Origin: an uncultured Chloroflexia bacterium
GTDB taxonomy: Bacteria; Chloroflexota; Ktedonobacteria; Ktedonobacterales; JADMIN01
Direction of reading: 5' to 3'
Assembly (NCBI GenBank): GCA_963718915.1
Contig: CAVRAI010000006.1
Span: 1-32,000, forward strand
Length of the DNA stretch: 32,000 bases
Under the pieces are notes generated by a model. It was not told where the DNA came from, searched no databases, and saw nothing but the letters and a program-made list of their open reading frames with translations. Shown piece by piece: positions 24,065 to 29,998 of the stretch (positions are counted from its first letter, which is position 1; every line of letters starts with the position of its first letter). The translations under genes and the position numbers were made by a program.

Positions 24065-26335
24065 ATGTTTCACAAAGTTGAAACGACGCTCGCGGGGCGC
24101 ACCCTGAGCATCGAGACGGGTCGTCTGGCGGAACAGGCGGGCGGTGCGGTGCTGTTGCGCTACGGCGATACCGTTGTTCTGGGCACGGCGACCGCCAGTG
24201 CCTCGCCCCGTGAGGGCATTGACTTTTTCCCACTGACGGTGGATGTGGAGGAACGCCTCTACGCCGCGGGTAAGATTCCCGGCGGGTTCATCAAGCGCGA
24301 GGGGCGCCCGACCGAGCATTCGATTCTCGCCTCTCGTCTGGTGGATCGCCCCATTCGCCCGCTCTTCCCCAAGGGCTTTCGCAATGATGTCCAGGTTGTC
24401 ATCACGGTTCTCTCCGCTGACCTGGAGAACGACAATGACGTGCTTGGCATCATCGCCGCCTCCGCTGCGCTTTCGATCTCCAACATCCCGTTTGCCGGGC
24501 CGGTTGGCGGCGTGCGCGTCGGCTACATCGACGGCCAGGTCGTCATCAACCCCACCGAGACCGAGTTGAAGAACAGCTTGCTCGACCTGGTGGTGGCAGG
24601 AAGCAAAGATGCCGTGGTAATGGTTGAGGCGGGCGCGAAAGAACTGCCGGAAGATACCGTGATCGCGGCGATCAAGGCGGGGCACGACGCCATTCAGAGC
24701 CTCATCGCCATCCAGGAGCAACTGGTCGCGGCGGCAGGCAAGCCGAAGACCCCTTTCACCGCGTCCGAGCCGGATGCCGAGCTGCTGGGCGCGGTTACCG
24801 CTTTTGTGCGTCCGCGTTTCGAGACCGCCGTCAACAATGCTGACAAAGCCTCCCGCGAGGCGGCGCTCAACGCCATCGAGAATGACCTCGTGGCCGAATT
24901 GGAGCCGAAGTATCCCGACCGTGGCAAAGAGATTCGCGCCTTCTTCGAGAAAGAACTGAAGGCGTTCGTCCGCACGCAGATTCTCGATAAGGGCATTCGC
25001 CCGGATGGCCGCGGCCTGAAGGATATCCGCCCGATCTGGTGCGAGACCGGCGTGTTGCCGCGCACCCATGGTTCCGCGATCTTTACCCGTGGGCAGACGC
25101 AGGTGCTGAGTGTGGTGACGCTCGGCTCGCCCGGCGAGGAGCAGCGCCTCGATGGCCTGGGTGGCGCGGGGACCAAGCGCTACATCCATCACTACAACTT
25201 CCCGTCGTTCAGCGTCGGCGAGACCCGCTCATCGCGCGGGCCGGGTCGGCGTGAGATCGGGCACGGCGCGCTGGCCGAGCGCGCGCTGCTGGCGGTGATC
25301 CCCGAGGCCAGCGAGTTCCCCTACACGATTCGCATCGTCTCTGAGGTGCTTAGCTCCAATGGCTCGACCTCGATGGGTTCGACCTGCGGCAGCACGCTCT
25401 CGCTGATGGATGCTGGCGTGCCGATCAAAGCGCCGGTCTCCGGTGTGGCGATGGGCCTGATTACCGCCAGCGGCGAGACCGCCGATAAATACGCGATTCT
25501 GACCGACATTCAAGGGCTTGAAGACGCCATGGGTGACATGGACTTCAAGGTCGCGGGCACGGCGGATGGTGTGACGGCGCTCCAGATGGACATCAAGATT
25601 CGCGGGTTGACGACGGAGTTGCTGGCGCAGGCGATGGCGCAGGCCAAAGAGGGACGCATGTTCATCATGGATCGCATGCTCGAGGCGCTGCCAGAGCCAC
25701 GCGAGAACCTGTCGCATTATGCGCCGCGCATCGTCTCCATCAAGATCAACCCTGAGAAGATCGGCACGGTCATTGGCCCAGGTGGCAAAATGGTGCGGCG
25801 CATCCAGGAGGAGACCGGCGCGACCGTCGAGATCGAAGACAACGGCATAGTGCATATCTCCTCAGTCTCCGAGGAGGGCATGACCCGCGCGATGGATGCC
25901 ATCCGCGCGCTGACCGAAGAGGTGGAGGTCGGCAAGATCTACACCGGTGTCGTGCGGCGTATCGTGGACTTCGGCGCGTTCGTCGAGATTCTGCCGGGCA
26001 AGGAAGGGCTGGTTCGCCTCTCGCAAATGGCGGACTACCATATCAACCGGGCGGAAGATGTGGTCGCGGTGGGTGACGAGATCACGGTGATGGTGATCGA
26101 GGTGGATCCACAGGGACGCATCAACCTCTCGCGCCGCGCCGCGCTCAGTGGCGAGATGCCATCCGCCGAGGAACTTGAGGCCGAGCGGCCACGCCCACGT
26201 CCGCGACCAGGCGGCTATGGCGACCGTGGCCCACGACCGGGCGGCGGTGGCTATGGTGGCGGACGTGGCGGCCCCGGTGGCGGACGCCCCGGCGGCGGCG
26301 GCAATCGCGGCTCCGGCGGCGGCAACCGCTGGTAG
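24065..26335 (+). CDS. pnp: polyribonucleotide nucleotidyltransferase (PNPase) with Gly/Arg-rich C-terminal tail
   Basis: ATG 24065 follows GGAGGA. Two RNase PH domains, KH and S1 domains are recognisable (FPLTVDVEER.YAAGKIPGGF, GDMDFKVAGT, GKIYTGVVRRIVDFGAFVEI). The tail reads RPRPRPGGYGDRGPRPGGGGYGGGRGGPGGGRPGGGGNRGSGGGNRW. Confidence 0.95.
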   Translation: MFHKVETTLAGRTLSIETGRLAEQAGGAVLLRYGDTVVLGTATASASPREGIDFFPLTVDVEERLYAAGKIPGGFIKREGRPTEHSILASRLVDRPIRPLFPKGFRNDVQVVITVLSADLENDNDVLGIIAASAALSISNIPFAGPVGGVRVGYIDGQVVINPTETELKNSLLDLVVAGSKDAVVMVEAGAKELPEDTVIAAIKAGHDAIQSLIAIQEQLVAAAGKPKTPFTASEPDAELLGAVTAFVRPRFETAVNNADKASREAALNAIENDLVAELEPKYPDRGKEIRAFFEKELKAFVRTQILDKGIRPDGRGLKDIRPIWCETGVLPRTHGSAIFTRGQTQVLSVVTLGSPGEEQRLDGLGGAGTKRYIHHYNFPSFSVGETRSSRGPGRREIGHGALAERALLAVIPEASEFPYTIRIVSEVLSSNGSTSMGSTCGSTLSLMDAGVPIKAPVSGVAMGLITASGETADKYAILTDIQGLEDAMGDMDFKVAGTADGVTALQMDIKIRGLTTELLAQAMAQAKEGRMFIMDRMLEALPEPRENLSHYAPRIVSIKINPEKIGTVIGPGGKMVRRIQEETGATVEIEDNGIVHISSVSEEGMTRAMDAIRALTEEVEVGKIYTGVVRRIVDFGAFVEILPGKEGLVRLSQMADYHINRAEDVVAVGDEITVMVIEVDPQGRINLSRRAALSGEMPSAEELEAERPRPRPRPGGYGDRGPRPGGGGYGGGRGGPGGGRPGGGGNRGSGGGNRW

Positions 26336-26378
26336 ACCTCACCTCCTGACCTCCTCTCCCATGAGGAGAAGGGTAGCC
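26335..26378 (+). repeat. REP-like hairpin element copy 8 (degenerate)
   Basis: gacctcacctcctgaCCTCCTCTCCcatgaGGAGAAGGgtagcc. It begins at the last base of the pnp stop codon. Confidence 0.65.
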
Positions 26379-26505
26379 AGAAATCCGCGATGGATAGTGT
26401 GCCCATTGGTACACTATTCGTCGCGGTTCTGATTTTTCCGGCGCATGTGCTATGCTCGTGGTGATAGCGAGAGCAGGCGGAGGCTGGCGAGTGGAGGCAG
26501 CAGGC

Positions 26506-27055
26506 ATGACGGATGAAGGGATCCAGCAGCGACCGATCTGCTCTAACCTCGCTGGATGACCTCTTCCGGCAACTGGGGCGCGCGCCTGGGCCGGGTGACG
26601 GCGTCAACGCGCCACTGGATCTGCGCGACGCCGACCTCGCCGGGCTGGATCTCTCCATACTGCATCTGCTGGTCGTCGATTTCGCGGCGCGCAACTGGCG
26701 GAGGCTGATTTCTCGGGCGTGAGCCTCAGCGGCAGCGACTTTCGCGGCGCGGATCTGCGCCAGGCGCGTTTTGTCGAGGCCGACGTAAGCGACGCCCACT
26801 TCGACGGCGCTGAATCTGACCGGAGCCACCTTCGCCCACGCCGACGTGAGCGGCGCGTCTTTTGACGGGGCGACAATGGCTCAGGCGCAGCTCATCCACG
26901 CCGACGTCAGCTATGCCACATTCACCGGAACTATCCTCCATGGGGCGAGCCTGCATGGCGCCGACGTGAGCGCCGCCGATCTGGCCGATGCCCTCACCGA
27001 CACGCTCACCATCCTCACCAACACCACGACGGATGAGCGAACCCGCCTGCCGTGA
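26506..27055 (+). pseudogene. pentapeptide-repeat protein gene broken across alternating frames
   Basis: GGAGG lies 9 nt before ATG 26506 (frame 1, stops after 17 codons). Pentapeptide-like sequence continues in frame 2 (..LDLRDADLAGLDLS), then frame 1 (FRGAQLAEADFSGVSLSGSDFRGADLRQARFVEADVSDAHFDGA), then frame 2 (LNLTGATFAHADVSGASFDGATMAQAQLIHADVSYATFTG..*). Confidence 0.55.
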
Positions 27056-27063
27056 GTGTCAGG

Positions 27064-27681
27064 CTATGAGGGCCAGGAGAACAGATCGTCGAGCGCGATG
27101 CTGAACCCGACAAGCGCGGGTAGCGCCTGTGCATCGAGCGTATCGCCAGCGCCAAGGGTAGCCATTGGAGCGTCATCTTTTCCCTGCCGCCAGACATCGA
27201 CACGTTTCGCGGCTGGCCAGACAATCCAGGCCAGTTGCGCGCCCGTCAGCAGCCACTGCTTTGCCTTCTCCGCCATCTCCGGGCCATATTGCGTTGGCGA
27301 GGCCACTTCGATAACGAGATCGGGCGCGAGACGCCAGTAACCGCCGAGCATCGGGTCATCCGCATTGGGGAGACGGTCGCGCGCGACAAACGCGACATCA
27401 GGCGCCAGCACGGTATCCGGGTCATCGGGGCGGCTCACCAGAAAGCCCGTCTCCGCGCCAAGCACCATCCCGGCTTGATGGGCCTTCACGTAGTTGTTGA
27501 GTGCGGTACCCAGATCCATGCTGATGCGGCCATGCCATCCCCCGGTCGGCGGCATACGAACCAGTCTCCCCTCTACCAATTCGTAGCCCCGGCCACTCTC
27601 TGGCAGGTCGGCTAGATCGGCCGCCGTCATGAGTTTGTCTGAGGCTGACTCGGCCCAGGGAGCTTTGCTATCACGAGCCAT
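27064..27681 (-). CDS. Uma2-family (DUF820) putative endonuclease
   Basis: 205 aa with GGGAGG 6 nt upstream. Pattern YELVEGRLV.MPPTG..HG......L...V......G.V..ETGF......VLAPDVAFV...R......APDLVIEV.SP is typical of Uma2. Confidence 0.85.
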   Translation of the reverse strand: MARDSKAPWAESASDKLMTAADLADLPESGRGYELVEGRLVRMPPTGGWHGRISMDLGTALNNYVKAHQAGMVLGAETGFLVSRPDDPDTVLAPDVAFVARDRLPNADDPMLGGYWRLAPDLVIEVASPTQYGPEMAEKAKQWLLTGAQLAWIVWPAAKRVDVWRQGKDDAPMATLGAGDTLDAQALPALVGFSIALDDLFSWPS

Positions 27682-27717
27682 TGCACACCTCCCTTTCTCA
27701 TGCAGCGTACCACAGAA

Positions 27718-27737
27718 TCGAGGTTAGCTAACCTCGA
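27718..27737. promoter_or_regulatory. perfect 20-bp palindrome TCGAGGTTAGCTAACCTCGA
   Basis: Read directly. It lies 36 nt after the upstream membrane-gene stop and 37 nt before the Uma2 start. It could act as a terminator hairpin or a dimeric operator. Confidence 0.35.
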
Positions 27738-27772
27738 CTCAGCATCAGCAGCGCGTCGCGTAGCAATCAGCC

Positions 27773-28096
27773 TCACGCGGTTTTGCCGCGTCGGCCACCC
27801 CAGATGATGAAGCAGCCGATGAGCAGACCGATAGCGCCCGCAATGAGGGCCGCGCCGGTCTCAGGCGGATAGCTGAGGAGGAAGAAGGCACAGACGGCCA
27901 GACTGACCAGCGCCGCGACGCGAACACGTAGCGGGGTACTGAGCCAGCGATAGAATCCCCAGCGCTGCGCTCCCCCAGGCATTTGGCCACTGACCAGCTC
28001 AAACAGCCCAATGGGCAGAATCAACAACGCCAGCGCCGACGTCAGTATGCTCACTGCAATCTCCAATCTATTCCCCCTAGCTAATGCTCTCGGCAT
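27773..28096 (-). CDS. hypothetical small membrane protein
   Basis: Three hydrophobic segments. I trimmed from the track start 28174, which overlaps the MFS 3' fragment, to ATG 28096. The RBS is weak and no family is recognised. Confidence 0.4.
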   Translation of the reverse strand: MPRALARGNRLEIAVSILTSALALLILPIGLFELVSGQMPGGAQRWGFYRWLSTPLRVRVAALVSLAVCAFFLLSYPPETGAALIAGAIGLLIGCFIIWGGRRGKTA

Positions 28097-28139
28097 CGTA
28101 ACACGCCACTCGTTCTCTTCGCGCGCAACGATGGCCAGT

Positions 28140-29407
28140 TCACAGTTTCTCGATGGGCGGCGCGTGGCGCACATGTGGGTTGAGCATGACGACGACGCTC
28201 ACCACAACGAGAAAGCCCGCCGCCAGCAGCAGCTCTGGCGCCGCGCCCAACCGCTGGATCAGGATGCCCGAGAGCGCCGCACCCAGCGGCCCCACGCTTG
28301 AGAAGATCATCCGATAGGCGCTCGTCACCCGCCCCTGAAGTTCGTCGGGGATGAGCGCCATTCGATAGCTCGGCCAGACGATATCGTAGATCTGGTCAAC
28401 GGCCATCAGCCTGCCTCAACCAGCGCCATCAGGAACGGGTTAGGCGCCAGCACGAAGAGAATGTTGGCAAGCGGATAGCCCCACTGGAGCACCGGAATGA
28501 TCTGGCCGAAACGATAGCGGCGCTGGATGCGTGGCGCGATCAGTGCGCCACAGAGTCCGCCGACACCGCCCGCCGCGAAAATCAGCCCAATGACGAGCGG
28601 CGTGGCGTGGCGCTCGGTCGCCAGCACGATCACGCCGAGCTCATAGCCGCCAGCCAGCGCGAAGCCCGCGTAGACAAACGACATGAAGCGGATGAGCGGT
28701 GAGCGCCAGAGCCAACGCATGCCGACGAGCATCTCCGCGACCAGATGGCGTGGCGCCGCCTCGGTTTTTGGCTTGCGCTCCGCCTGGAATGGGACGCGGA
28801 TGAAGCAGAGCGAGATGACCGAGACGGCGTACGAGATGGCGTCGCCAAGGAACGGCAGCGCGTGTCCCAGGCTGAAGATAACGCCGCCCAGCGGTGGACT
28901 GAGCAGGGTGACGGTGCTCTCCGCCACCTCGTTCCGCGCGACGGCGGCGGGCAGTTGCTCTCTGGCGACAACACGGGGGAGCGCCGCGAGACGCGCCAGC
29001 CAGAAGAAGACGAAGCATGTGCCCTGCGAGAGCGCGACCAGATAGAGTTGGATCATGCTCAGGTGGCCAAGCGCCAGCGCAATCGGAATACTGCCCATTG
29101 CTACCACCTGCACGCTGTCACAGACAATCATCACGCGCTTGCGATCCCAGCGATCTACGAGGGCGCCCGCTGGCAGCGCCAGGAGGAAGCGTGGCAGCGA
29201 GCTACACGCGGCGACGATGCCCGCCTGTGCGGGCGAATTGGTGACTGCCAGAATCAATAGGGGCAGCGCCAGGCTGGTTACCTGCGTGCCAGCGGTTGAG
29301 ATGAACTGGCCGCTCCAGAGCAGCACAAAGTCACGGTTGCGCCAGAGCGAACGCGGGCGCTGTCCGGACGTCGGCGTCTTGGGCAAACCTACCGGGGATG
29401 AGGTCAT
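28140..29407 (-). pseudogene. MFS transporter (EntS/MFS_3-like) split by a single frameshift at 28406
   Basis: The N-terminal 333 codons (from ATG 29407: MTSSPVGLPK..WRNRDFVLLWSGQFIS..) end ..LVEAG*. The next 88 codons (MAVDQIYDIVWPSYRMALIPDELQGRV..) continue the same family in another frame across TGATG. Together they give about 421 aa, a normal 12-TM MFS length. Confidence 0.75.
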
Positions 29408-29606
29408 GTTCTGCCTGCTTTGCGAAATCATGGCGTTCTGCGCAACATGGCGCAGAGCGCACGGAAAGACGGTAGGGGGTCTTAGCCCGGCAGAAGCTGG
29501 AGAGGCGCTGGTGTGTGGGGCAGAGGAGCAGATGAGAAGGCCATGCCAGCAGGCGCGCCAGCGAAAAACGCGGGCACGCGCGGGGGACACAGGCCGACAG
29601 TCCTCA

Positions 29607-29641
29607 GCCGCGTAAGCGTATCGGCGCCGGGCTTACGCGGC
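29607..29641 (-). promoter_or_regulatory. 11-bp-stem hairpin GCCGCGTAAGC-13 nt-GCTTACGCGGC upstream of the MFS gene
   Basis: Read directly, about 200 nt upstream of the MFS start. On the minus strand, the stop codon of a 33-codon ORF (29734 down to 29633) lies inside the first arm. Confidence 0.35.
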
Positions 29642-29847
29642 GAGAGTGCTTGTGTTGCGGTTCCGGTTGCGGTGAATCGTCCAGCCCCGATTGGTATTCG
29701 CGATATCGAGGCGGACGGGCGCGTGCATCATCATGGCCGCAGGCTACCATCTCGCCCGCGGCGTGTCAAGAGGCATCATACAGGCGGACAGATGCGCCAG
29801 AAGGCAATCACATACCCCAGGCTCTTTGGCGCTGTCCGCCATTGTGC

Positions 29848-29876
29848 TTGTGTTGTTAGAATTTTTGTTTTATAGT
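29848..29876 (+). promoter_or_regulatory. candidate sigma70-type promoter (TTGTGT-17 nt-TATAGT)
   Basis: Lies in the only AT-rich patch of this intergenic region, about 120 nt upstream of ATG 29999. Confidence 0.3.
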
Positions 29877-29963
29877 GGTTCATGCGCGACATCGCGCGTC
29901 GTGTGGTGAGCCGAAGTCAAGGCGCCACCCGCATTCCTGTCATTGAACGGGGGTGAGGGCGGC

Positions 29964-29997
29964 GCTTTTTCTATGGAAGAAGGGGTGGGGGTGAGGC
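29964..29997 (-). repeat. REP-like hairpin element copy 9 (degenerate)
   Basis: gcttttTCTatGGAAGAAGGGGtgggggtgaggc. Compare GGAGAGGGGctgggggtgaggtc. Confidence 0.5.
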
Positions 29998-29998
29998 A

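Noticed and set aside
23597-25192. 531-aa minus-strand ORF opposite rpsO-pnp
   Set aside because: It is antisense to two unmistakable genes.
26170-26335. GGC/GGT-rich DNA at the pnp 3' end as a separate tandem-repeat feature or gene
   Set aside because: It is in frame with pnp and ends at its stop codon. The irregular Gly/Arg/Pro codon pattern is not a precise DNA tandem repeat.
26251-26829. 192-aa minus-strand ORF ending in a poly-Pro/Gly/Arg tail
   Set aside because: It is antisense to the pnp Gly-rich tail and the pentapeptide-repeat remnant. The PPPG run is just the complement of the GGx codons.
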